A stretch of 49,068 nt of DNA from an uncultured Candidatus Peribacteria bacterium. GTDB taxonomy: Bacteria > Patescibacteriota > Gracilibacteria > BD1-5 > UBA2023. The notes beneath the pieces were generated by a model. It was not told the origin of the DNA and ran no database searches. It was given only the letters and a program-made list of their open reading frames with translations. The position numbers and the translations under genes are program-made. Below are positions 31,956 to 43,214 of this stretch, in pieces. Location of the stretch: the NCBI GenBank assembly GCA_964518815.1, contig CAZFLS010000001.1, positions 1 through 49,068 of the forward strand. The letters are read 5' to 3'. The number at the start of each line of letters is the position of its first letter. Positions within the stretch are counted from its first letter, which is position 1.

Positions 31956-33689
31956 TTAAATTGTAGGTATTGGCGTATTAGACTTTTTTCCAGAAAATTT
32001 TTCATTATCCAATTCTTGATCTACTTCTCATTCCATACTAGAGCTAGTTTTTTCATCAGATTCTTTTGAATAAACAATATTAATTACATCTTTTACTCTT
32101 TTATCCTTAGTTTGTTCTTTGAATTTTTCTTTTGAACCAAATTTTTCAACTCATTTTTTATATAAATCTTCCATATATTTTTTAAATTCTTTTTGTTCAT
32201 TTTTATCTTTTATACCAAAATCAGCAGCACTTTTTCAAGAAATATTTAATACTCAAATAGAATATATATTATCAAAATCATTTTCAATTAAATCATTACC
32301 TAAATATTTATAAGAATTATATACATGCCACTCTGTAAGTTTTTTCTGTCATTCTTCTGTCAAATAATCCCATGATTTTCATACTTTACTTTTTGCCCAA
32401 TTAAAAGCTTCTTCTAATTTTTGTCATGTAGTATCAATTCCTTTTCATACAGTTCATCATTCTATTGATTTTGCTAGTTTTTCTACCAATCAAATACTAT
32501 CTAACACTCAATATGACCCCACAACTGCTAAAATAGTCGCAAATGTCTTTGATCCTCAGTCAAATGGTTTTCAAAAAATCCACCAAACTCAAAGTACTAA
32601 AAGAGACAAAACACAAGCTGGACTCATTTTACCACTCATTTTTCATATAAAATCTAAAGGGTCTCTAACTACATCTGCTAAAGATTGTTTTGTAAGTAAA
32701 TCTTCTGGAATTTTTTCTCAAGTTGCCTTCTCTACATGTTGACCAAGACTTTTTGGGTCTTTTTGTGCATTATCTCTTGCTGATACTCATTCATCTTGAT
32801 GTTTAGCTAAAGAATTTTTATCGTTTATATAAGCTATTAAAAATGTTTTTTCTGTTTCTTTAAGATTAGAATTAAGAATTGATTCTATAATTTTTGGTTT
32901 ATCTTTTTCTTCTATAATATCTGGAAAGATTATTTTTTTCTTTTCTTCTTGTCATATAAAATTTTTATTATGATCATTTACTATTTTTTTAGCTAATTCA
33001 TCAATATTTTTTTCTTTGCCATTCACATCATACATAAAAGAATTTACAACTGTAAGATTATCAAATTCCTCTTTTGTAATATTTTCTTTTATTATTTTAT
33101 TATATTTTTCATTTATTTCTCATCATTTTTGATTTACTACGCTAAGTCAATCTTTTTGGCTCAAAATACATAAATTATTAGAGTAAATAAATTGACTCAT
33201 TATAAAATTTAACATTAAATTTCTAGACGCTTTATCTTTAATTTCATTATTTTTTAGTAATTCAAAAGCTTTTTGTAATCATTTTTCATTTTTTTCTTTT
33301 ATTGAATTAATTTGATTTTTTAAATTTCCTAATTCATCTCAAGTATTTGTTTTTATTTCTTCTTTTTTTATTTTGAATTGTTCAATAAATTTTTGTACAA
33401 TTTCCTTGTCTTTTTCTTCTGATTTTTCTGTAGTCAAACTCTCTTTAAGATTTATAATATCTTTTTTTGAACACTCTATAGTTTGTTTCCAGTCTATTTT
33501 GATTTTATCAATATCTTCATCTTTCATTCATACCTCTTGTAATTTTTGTTTTAACACATCAAAAGTACTAATTTTAAATTTTTCATTAGTATCTTCAGAT
33601 ACTGAAGGATTTTTCTTGTCTAATTGAGCAGCTTCTTTTCAAGTATTTTGTGATCCTTCATTAGTAGGATTTTTAGCTTTATCTACCAT
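31956..33689 (-). CDS. 577-aa membrane protein, hypothetical
   Basis: 1734 nt in frame, including ORF-track fragment 33339..33527. Coiled-coil N-terminal half, hydrophobic segments PACVLSLLVLGVWWIFG and FATILAVVGSYGVL. Confidence 0.5.
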
Positions 33690-33851
33690 GCTTTTATATT
33701 AAAATATAAATTTACTTACTTCTTAATTTTAACATAAAATAAAATAAAGTGCAAATTTTGGAACTCTATTTTTTTGATAAAATATAGACAAATTAGAAAA
33801 TTTATGTTTGATAAAAAAATTTTACTCACATAGGGTATTGGTTCCCGAAAT

Positions 33852-33888
33852 AAAAAAAACAGAAGGTGTTACACTTTCTGTTTTTTTT
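33852..33888. terminator. bidirectional rho-independent terminator
   Basis: A8-CAGAAGGTG-TTA-CACTTTCTG-T8. Confidence 0.7.
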
Positions 33889-33900
33889 GGAAGAGAAATT

Positions 33901-34605
33901 TTAGTAAAAATATAACCTTTCGGAATCACCTTTTTTAAAAATAATAAACTTTTTTCATTGTTTCATTAATTTAATTATTGTTTTGTAATGCTTTATTAAT
34001 TCTTTTGTTATATTAATTTTTTCTCATATTGAAGGTTCTACTACAAATACATCTCAAAACTCAATATCACTTAATTTATTTGAATGATGATTAACTATAC
34101 AAGTTTCATCTGTAAAAAAATTATAAGTTACACCTGATTTAGTAAAACTTGCTTTTTGTCTTTGTCATTCAGGATACGCCTTTATATCAAAAACAATATT
34201 TTTACTTTCTTCTAAAAAATTTGTACGTAAACTTGCAAATTTTTTTGTAAGTTTTTCTAATTTAGACTCATTTGACTCAATAGATTTTCTAGATTTAGTA
34301 GATTTATTATTTACTCAAATTTTTAAAGTATTTAAAATTTTTGTATTAGTTTTTTTCTTTACTTTAGCAATTTTACTACCAGAATTAATATCCTCAAAAG
34401 TAGAAATTATACCATTTTTTTCTTGAAACATTTTAGTTAATTGTTCCTTTCAATATTCAATTAATTTTTCATCACCACTTGTAAGATATGTAATAGCTAA
34501 ATCTAATTCGTTTTTTAATTCTCAATTTTCTCTTGCTGCCTCTACATCAGTTAATTTACCTTCTTGTGCTTCTTCTTCTATAAATCTATGTTTATTTGTA
34601 TTCAT
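33901..34605 (-). CDS. hypothetical protein (234 aa)
   Basis: ATG at 34605 to TAA at 33901-33903, 705 nt in frame. Confidence 0.45.
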
Positions 34606-34701
34606 AATAATAAAATTAAATTAATAAAATATATTGAATCCTGATTATAATAAAATTTAACTTAAAATAAAATTTAATATCAGCTCTAGAAGATTAATAA
34701 A

Positions 34702-35271
34702 TTATGATATATTTGCTCGTGAACCATCTGGATTAAATAATAAAAAGTTTTGACAATCATATTTAGATAAATTTGCTCATGAAAAAATTACTTTATCATT
34801 TTCTATTTCCATTTTTTTATCAAACTCACATGGTTGTAATATTGGTGTACCTCAACTTGTTTTACTTTGTATAAAATGAACTGTAAATGTATTTGTGGCG
34901 GTATTTATTTCTTTTATTTTAATTAATAAATGATTTCATGTGCTATTTGTTCATAAAACTAAAGTAGATCAAGTATTTATACGACCATTAATTTTTGTTT
35001 TTAGATCTGAAGATATAGGGGTCCATAAAGAAGCATATGTCAATAATCTTCCATTTAAATTAGTTAGCTCGCTTTGAATTTGATTATTTACTACAGTTTC
35101 AAAAGCTGTTTTAAAAGCTGCTGCATTCGTAAATTTTCAAATAGATCTTATTCTTCTTATTAATTCTTTATGTACAGCGTCTTTATCTCTTAATCAATTA
35201 TAATCTGTAAGATTTAATCATAAAGTTGCTGCTTGATCAATAATTACTTGTCATATAGTTGAGTCGTCTGC
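34702..35271 (-). CDS. 189-codon open frame with no ATG start, continuing the upstream gene after an in-frame TAA
   Basis: ADDSTIGQVIIDQAATLGLNLTDYNGLRDKDAVHKEL... is open to TAA at 34702-34704, in the same frame as 35272..37509. Checked codon by codon over 35161-35400. Confidence 0.45.
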
Positions 35272-37509
35272 TTAATCAATTGCTTGCAAAGCTTCCGTTA
35301 ATCTTTGATTATTATCATCAACAGTAGTATTTTGATTTGAAGTTGCACTATTTTCAGTTGGTGGAGTTTGATTTCGATATTCTATCTTTTTTCAATATAA
35401 ATCAGGAGTTCAATCATAAATATTATCAACTCTTCAATCTTCATCAAATAAATATATGCTATGAGATCTTGGATCAATTACTTTTCATAAATCAGCCACT
35501 TTCATCCATCTTTTTAATTTCTCCTCATTTCAAGCTGATCTATAAAATTGACATAAAAATTCTCTTTTTTGAGCTGTATTAAGCATATTATAATTAAAAT
35601 TTCCCAACCAAGATGTTCATCTTCAAGCTAAAGATAAAACTCAATCAAGAGCATAAGTAGCGCCTTCAAACATATGATTTATTTCATTAGCTTTTGCTGT
35701 TTTTCTTATAAAATTGATACATGAATCATATCATTTATTTACTACTCCTTCCGTTTTCTCTATTAAAGAATGTGTTCCTGTAGCTCATTTTTCAAGTAAT
35801 TTAGTAAAAGGATATAATACTCATGATATTTTTGCTAATCTAATAAAATTTTTCTTAAAAAATCATCATTCAGCTTTTTTTTCAATAAATTTATTAAATG
35901 CTGATGTTGGTGTAGAAATAATTTTTGATGTTATTTTTCAGGTTCAAGCAATACCTTTTAAAGCTAATTTTATTCATTCTTCTGATAATCTTAATATAGT
36001 GTTTACTGTCGGCATTAAATTTGTTTTAATAATTTCTCTATATTGTTCTGTTCTTCAAATTATTTTTGTAATTTCTTGTAAACCTGTTTCATTTTGTTCA
36101 AAAGGATTTCTATCATTATAAAACATTTCATTTATTGTCCAGTTTTGATTTAATAATAAATCTCTTACTCTATCAAGTTCTCATCTTCAAAAATTCCAAT
36201 CTCTATGTCATTGTAAATTATTATATCTTCTTCTCAAAATTCAGCTTAAGGCATCTCTCATTTGATTTGTTTGTGCTGGAGTGTGATATCATGTAATAGT
36301 ATCTACTGCATTTCTAACTCATTGACGTATAAATCAAACGGAATTTCTATCTAAATAAAATAAAGACTGAAATTTTTCAAAATAACTATCAAGTAATCTA
36401 TTATGAGAATCATCTTCTCATTGTCAACTTAATTCTATTACTCTCTGTCTTGCTATTCATCTCCATTTGTTTACATCTTGATCAAAAAGTTTTTCTCTAT
36501 GTCAAAATGTATCAACTTTACTTTTATTAAATCTTAATCTTGCTTCTTTTAATATTTCTCAAGAAAAATGAGTCAAAAAAAGTTTATCAAATTCCGCTTT
36601 TGATAGCCTATTTTGTCTTAATTCTTCTGCACTAACAGGAAAATCGTTTAATCTCTTTTCTAAATAGTTTTGTTCATTTTTATTATATTTGTTTCAGTTC
36701 TCAATTTGATCTTTATTTCAATCTGTATCAAAAAAATTATTTATAATTTCACCAGATTCTTTTTTTACTATATCTTGGATTTTTTTCATTTGAGTTGGAG
36801 AAAGTACTGAATCTGTATATCAATGACTTGCAACTTCATGTACTTGATTTAAAGCAATCATTAAGTTCTTATAATTTTTATCAAGATTCTCCAATGGTTT
36901 TATATTTTCTAAAAGTTTTTTATAATCATCTTTTATTATTTCTGATACATCTACTCATCTTTTTTGAAGTATAGCTATTACTTCTTTTACTTTCATAATT
37001 GATTGAGCATCTGTTTCTTCATGAAAATCAAGATTATCTGCTAAATCTTCTAAGTGATTTTCTGTGCAAAAATTTCTTATTTTATTAACTATTTTTCCAA
37101 GTTTGTTTAAATCATCCGGGTTTAATCTACATTCAAATCTATTTAAAGCTGCATGTCTAATAATATAGCTTTCAGAAAAATCCGAAGATTTTAATAATTT
37201 TGTTTCTATGTCTTCAACAAGTTCGTTAGTTCTTTGTAAAATTAGACCTCTAGGGCTTAAATCATTTGTTGTAAGCGATATAATATAGTTTATTTTATCT
37301 TTAAGAGATTTACGTTTTTTCAATTCTGCTATTCTAGTCTGATTTCATCTACACTCTTCTTCTAATAAATTATTAACAAGACCTCTCATTCTAATACTTC
37401 AATCTCATCATTCAAGAAGTGATATTAATCTATCAGATCAATCAGATATAGCTGAATTATTAGTAGAAAGCGCATTTTGAGCTGTTATTTCAGGGATATT
37501 TAATGTCAT
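35272..37509 (-). CDS. 745-aa hypothetical protein
   Basis: ATG at 37509 is in frame with ORF-track 36955..37323. Ends ..NQTPPTENSATSNQNTTVDDNNQRLTEALQAID then TAA at 35272-35274. Confidence 0.5.
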
Positions 37510-37670
37510 AATTTCTAAAATTAATTTATATATTACAACCTAATCTTACCATATTTTTAATTTAAACGCAAATTTTGAAGGCTCTTTTTTTATATATATT
37601 AATTTAGATTTAATCTATATTTTATGCCGAAATTTAATTACTTTATTTTTGATTTTAAACTAAATGTTTC

Positions 37671-37700
37671 AAAAAAAGACACAAAATTGTGTCTTTTTTA
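37671..37700. terminator. bidirectional hairpin terminator
   Basis: A7-GACAC-AAAATT-GTGTC-T6, downstream of the toxin gene on the minus strand. Confidence 0.6.
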
Positions 37701-37716
37701 TACCAAATTTCTACAA

Positions 37717-37973
37717 TTATTTATAAATATCGTGATCTCAAATGTTTATAAATAAAACATCGTTACTTTCAGATAATTCAAACATAATTCTGTAATTATA
37801 ATCAATAGAAAACGACCAATATTTATTCAATTTTCAGCTTAATTTATGTGTTCTTAATTTTGGATCAAAAAGATTTTTTCTAAATAGTTTTTCTTTTCCT
37901 ACAGCCAATAATTGAATAATTATTGGTAATCTTTGAAAAGACTTTTCAAATTTAGATGTATAAAATATATTCA
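37717..37973 (-). pseudogene. RelE/ParE-family toxin gene with a frameshift
   Basis: The ATG frame gives MNIFYTSKFEKSFQRLP and then stops at TAG after 24 codons. The rest, IIQLLAVGKEKLFRKNLFDPKLRTHKLSGKLNKYWSFSIDYNYRIMFELSESNDVLFINIGDHDIYK, is in another frame. Total length 257 nt (3n+2). Confidence 0.65.
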
Positions 37974-38140
37974 TTTTATCAAATAAGACTTTTTAAAGAT
38001 TTTAACTTTTTTAATTTTCAAGATTTTTTTTCTTTTTCTGCAATACTTATAGCATCATAAGTATCTAAAATTTCTTTATAGTATTTTAAAGTATCTAGAA
38101 TAGAATTATATTCTTTTTTATCTAAAGTAACTGTTGCCAT
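37880..38140 (-). CDS. putative antitoxin (56 aa to the TGA, 86 aa if TGA is read as Gly)
   Basis: MATVTLDKKEYNSILDTLKYYKEILDTYDAISIGRKRKK.. lies upstream of and overlaps the toxin ATG in an ATGA arrangement (TGA at 37970-37972). The next TAA/TAG in frame is TAG at 37880-37882. Confidence 0.45.
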
Positions 38141-38231
38141 ATAAATACATTAATAATAATTAAATCATATTTATTATATCCATTTCATTTTGAAATCAAA
38201 ATTTATCTAATCCCCCTCCTACTTTCGGCTC

Positions 38232-38251
38232 CCTCCCCTAATTAGGGGAGG
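38232..38251. repeat. perfect 20-nt GC-rich palindrome
   Basis: CCTCCCCTAATTAGGGGAGG, flanked by CCTCC (38215-38219) and GGAGG (38264-38268). Confidence 0.6.
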
Positions 38252-38321
38252 TAGTCAAAGACCGGAGGAATTACTTATTTCCTTAATTCTCAATTCTTAG
38301 TTCTTAGTTCTCATTTCTTCT

Positions 38322-38783
38322 CTAAAATGGAACTTCTTCTAAATCTCATTTTTTCTTCTTTTTCTTAGTTTCTACTACAACTTCTTCATCTAATTCTTCC
38401 TCTTCTTCTTTACTATCTTCAATAACTGTTTCAATAATTTTAGCTTGTTTTTGTTGTGGTAAACCAAGCATTATTAAGCCTTCTCCTATTATTTCTGTCT
38501 TATATTTCTTTACTCAGGTTTTATCTTCCCAATGACTAGTTTGTAATCTTCAATCAATATAGATCTTATTTCACTTTTTTAAATATTGTCATATAACTTC
38601 GGCAAGTTTTCACCAAAAAACAATATTATGAAATTCTATCTGTTCTTTTTTTCAAGAATTGTCTTTCCAAACTCTATTTGTAGCGAGTCCAAAACGAGCA
38701 ACAAATTTTCAAGATGAAGTTTGAGTAACTTCTGGATCAGCCGTAATATTTCCAATAAGATGGACTTTATTTAAAGAAATCAT
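38322..38783 (-). CDS. ssb: single-stranded DNA-binding protein
   Basis: MISLNKVHLIGNITADPEV..FGLATNRVWKD..IEFHNIVFWGKLAEV..KGNKIYIDGRLQTSHWEDK (OB fold), acidic tail ending DLEEVPF. 462 nt. Confidence 0.9.
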
Positions 38784-38990
38784 AAATATAAAAATTAGAA
38801 AATAAATTTGCCAAAATGTAGTAATTTTATTTGATAAAGCTTTTTATTTTAAAAACAAAAAAATTACCGCTAGCACGAAAATAATAATTATTTGATAAAG
38901 AAAAAAACTGAAAAAAATAGGAAAAAGGTATTGGTGAATTTAATTATCTTATATAGTAGCCAAAAATAAAGATGCCAATGATATTAAACA

Positions 38991-39025
38991 AATAATAAAA
39001 ACCTCTCCTAATTTTTAGGAGAGGT
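38991..39025 (-). terminator. rho-independent terminator
   Basis: ACCTCTCCT-AATTTTT-AGGAGAGGT. On the minus strand it is followed by TTTTATTATTTG. Confidence 0.65.
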
Positions 39026-39043
39026 TAATTAAAACTGTAGAGA

Positions 39044-42000
39044 TTATTTAAAATCAGATTTATAATCTATATCAACTTTTGCATCGGGAGCATTAAATTT
39101 TTTTGGACTTTTATGATAATCTAACTGAGCTTTTTGAAAGTCATTTATCTTTTGTATAATTTCTTCTTTTTTTGGTATGTCGTTAAAAGTATATTTCTCA
39201 TCACTAAACACTCAGGTTCAATTAAATTCTAAAACATATTTGCCGTCTTTTTTATATAATTCAATACCACTATTATAAGTATTATTTTTTACTCCCCCTT
39301 GTCAATCCGGTGAAGAATAATTTAAACTCCATTTAGCCACTTCTACCTTTTTTCAATTTTCAAGACTCTTCTCTAATTTTGTTTTGAATTCTGCTGCTTC
39401 CTTTTCTGCTGGTGTTGGTCCTTTTGGTTCTTCTGCTACTGGCACTTCTGGTTTTTTTACTGGTGGTTCCTCTGGTTTTTTCTCAGTTATACCTAAATAC
39501 TTTTTAGCATTTGTATCAATTTTTGCTGCCATAGCAACAAAATTTCAACCTTCTATTTCTGCAAATTTAACATTATTTACCACTTTATATTTTCAAGTAA
39601 GATTAACTTTTTCACCTTTATTTAATTGCGGTCAAACTATTTCTCATTTTGCATTTCTTACATTCAAGTTATTAACAAGAACTTCTGCTTCACCTTTTGG
39701 TCAGTCTTCTTTTAATTCAACTTTACTAAAATCGTGCTCTTTATTGCTAGGTTTTTCTTTGCCTGTAATAGATCGTTTTTTCTTATCTGTACCCGGTTCT
39801 GGTTTTGGTATTACTGGTGGAACTTGAGGAGTTTCCTGAACAATACCATTTCTCAATCTTGTTGAATCTACAGGGAATGTATTATCTAAAGTATCTCTTG
39901 CAAGTAAGACTCAAGCTCAACCTACTCAATAAGCAATGTAAGGCAAAATACTTCGTCATCTTCTTAATGATGGAATTGGTTCTGGGCTTGGAGTTGGATT
40001 TTGATCTCTCCATTTTTGATCTGTAATTAGATATGTTTCTGGATTTGGAGTTGATTCTGAGTTTCTCACTACTCTATTATTAATTTTTTCATTTTGTGCT
40101 CTTCTATTTCTTTGTTTTTCTCAAATTCTTTCTAATGCTTCAATTTCTTTCTGAATTTTTTGTGTTGCTTGTAAATCTCTTATTCAATCAACAATATCAT
40201 CTGCTCTTCTTTCATATACTAGATCTCTTCATTCTGATATATTTTGTATTGTATCTGGATTTTTATTATTAATAAAATCCTGTTCATTAATTAGTTTACT
40301 CTTTTCCAAAGGTCGTCAATTAGCATCAACTTTTTGAATATATATTCTTCATGACACATCACTTTTCATTATATCATAATGCGTTTGTCAATCAGGAGTA
40401 TATTTTATTACTACATCTTCGGGAATTTCATTAAAAACAGTTTTTATATCTTGAGTTAATATTTTACCATCTTTTCAACGTACAGAATTAATAAAACCTT
40501 GTTTTTCTACAGGATAATAAATAGATCTATCAAAAATAACTTCTTTTACATTACCGTAATGTTTGGTACCAATATAAATCTCTGGTTCAATTATTTCACT
40601 ACTATTAGGCTTTTTAATTTCGAGAATTTGATTATAAAAAACTGTGTCAGTGTTTTTATTATTCTGAAATTCTTCTACTTTAAATTTACCAGATTCTTTT
40701 GTAATTAATAAATAATTTCAGCCAACAGTTTTAGTTCCTAATAAAGCAGTTTCACCTTCCATAAGATTATTTAGTTTTAAATTAATTTCGGTTAGAGCTG
40801 CTTCAATATTTTGAGTACCTTCAAGATTAATTTTTTCTGATATTTTAGTTCATCTTGATTCTCAAACTATTCAATTCTCCATTAATATTCTCATTTCTTT
40901 ATAATCAAATTTTTTTCTTAAAATACTAACCTTTTTGGTAATTTCTTTTTGGTTATAGTTATAAACTCATTTTCCTTCTCAAATTTTGTGTGCTTCTAAA
41001 ATTGCCTGTTTTTGTTCTTCTGACAATGTTTTTCATAATAATTCTTCTGCTTTACTTAATCTTGATTCATCAGTTAATCGAGCATTTTTTTCAACTTCAG
41101 CAGGTTTTATTCCAGATCTCTTATATGCTTTTTGTACATTTAAATCATATTGTATCTTTTGTAATTTTAATTGTTCTTTTCAAATTTTTTCTACTTGTTT
41201 TTCTACTTTTTTCTGTCTTCTAGTTTCAAGTACACTTTGTGATTTATCTTTTAATTTTCCTAATCAGTTTTTAATTTTATCTGTAATTTGAAATTTAAAC
41301 TTACTGTCAGTTCTCGTAGTTACTTCTCATATTCAAGCATTTTCATTTACTTCAACTTTTAAATCACCTGATTTTAATATACTAAATCAACCAGCAAATT
41401 TTTCTAAAGCTGGTGAAGCAAAATGTAATCATCATCACATAATAGCCATAAGCGCTAATTCTTGTCATATTTCAGTTATTTCTTTCTCATTAAAAGCATT
41501 TAAATCTCAAGGTAACATAAAGTTAATTCCTGTATAAAGCGCTGGTCAAGTTAATCATTGTTTAATTAATCAATCTACAGCTTTTCTTTGAATTAATTTT
41601 TCTCAAGTTTCAGGAAATATTTTATATACTCTATTAACTAATTTTTCTGCAGCTCAAAAGGATCCAAACATTATTGAATTCGTAATAACTTCTTTTCACC
41701 AATCTGGAGAATTCATAAACCATTCTTGATTCCTAATCCATTTATGTACGGCTGTAAAAGTAAGTCACTCAGTTCATGCTTTTACTACAAATCGGCCAGC
41801 CTGAATTAATTTTCATCTTCTAGTTGTAGACTCTATTGTCCTTACAGTATCTATAATCTGTTTGCCTCTAATACTTTTTCTAGTAATCTCTTCTGTTTTA
41901 ATTGTAATTCAAGCAATCCTTTGAAGTTTTGAAGATGCAGCAAATCATCTTAATAATAATCCTCCTCATAATCTAGCTACTCATCAAGCTATTCATCATG

Positions 42001-43081
42001 AAATTAGCATTGCAGGAACATCATAAACCATAAATCAAATGGCTTGTTGTTGTCATTTTAAAGATAATGTAGTCCATTCATCTTTAATATCTGTAGAATT
42101 TTTAAATGTTTCCCATATTTCTTTTTGACTATCTGGCACTGAAATTCAACCATTTTCTCAAATTACATATTTACCAACATACTTTATTGTTAATTGATCT
42201 TTTATAAATTTTTTATGTAACTCATTATACAAAGTCACTAATTGTTCTTCACTTGTTATATTTGGATTAGTTTTAATAATTTTATCTTTATTTTTATTCC
42301 ATTCATTAATTGCCATTTTTCTAATTTCTCAAGCTGTTTTTTGCATTTGTTTTTCTATGTTTTTATTAATTTCCTGTACATGAGTATCACTTAATTTATT
42401 TTTTCAAGCCAAAAAAGTATCTGCCATTTCTTCAATAAAAGTATCCGTAATTTGAACTTCTCAAACATTTTCTTTTATTACTTTTAGTCAAGCAGCTTTT
42501 ATATTATTTGACCAAGAAGCGTTTTTATTAAAAAATGAGTAGAATTTAGAAAGAATATCTTTATCTGAAATATTATTTTTAAGAATATTCCAAGCTTCAG
42601 GTCATGAAATGTTTTTATTTTTTAATTTATTTATACATATATCAAGTTCTATAATAGCTAATTTTTTAGATTCTTTATTGTACCATTTTATAGAGCTCCA
42701 TTTTGAAGAATCTCTAATTTCATCTCTAACTGCCTCTATTGACCTTACTAAATATCTTACTCACTCATTTCAATTATTTTGAACTTCTCTTTTAAGAATA
42801 GTTGTATCTTTTTTTGCTTCTTCAATAGTTATTTGTTTTAATGACTCAAATTTTTCATCAATTTTTTCTAAACTTATATCTATATTACTTAAAAAATATA
42901 TTATTTTTTGCACTAAAATATTAAATTGTTCTGGAGGAAGAGTCTTATTACTATCTAAATATTTTTCCGCTTTTTCCTTATATGACTTCGCTAAAGTTCA
43001 TCATACTTCCATTCAATTTCTTTCAGTTTTGGCATTTCTTATTTCATTAAACCAATTTTTGTTATGCAATTCTGTACCCAT
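39044..43081 (-). CDS. 1345-aa membrane protein with SH3b-like segment, hypothetical
   Basis: 4038 nt in frame. Central Gly-rich hydrophobic segments (AMLISGGIAGGVARLGGGLLL, LALMAIMGGGLHF), Pro-rich linkers, and EVLVNNLNVRNAKGEIVGPQLNKGEKVNLTGKY..FAEIEGGNFVAMAAKI (SH3b-like, about 39515-39715). Confidence 0.5.
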
Positions 43082-43214
43082 ACTTTTTAAATTAAAAAAT
43101 AATTTGTTATATACCTTTTAACTTTATCATAAATCGTTTTTTCTGTCAAAAATCTGAGGCTCTTTTGACTCTATAGTTAATGATAACATATATTTTAAGC
43201 TAATTTTAAGTTCT

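Noticed and set aside
38176-38195. Mini-ORF (ATG AAA TGG ATA TAA) downstream of the AGGAGG-like sequence of the GC-rich palindrome region
   Set aside because: The GGAGG is more than 20 nt from the ATG, and a 4-codon ORF has no support. The GGAGG is better explained as part of the helix.
39384-39827. 147-aa standard-code ORF on the plus strand (also 35714..36121, 44731..45069, 30089..30412, 40986..41291, 8098..8307)
   Set aside because: These are antisense to long, motif-bearing minus-strand genes. Their Ser/Phe/Leu-rich low-complexity translations are typical mirror-frame artefacts. They are open only because the sense strand is rich in TGA, which gives stop-free TCA on the opposite strand.
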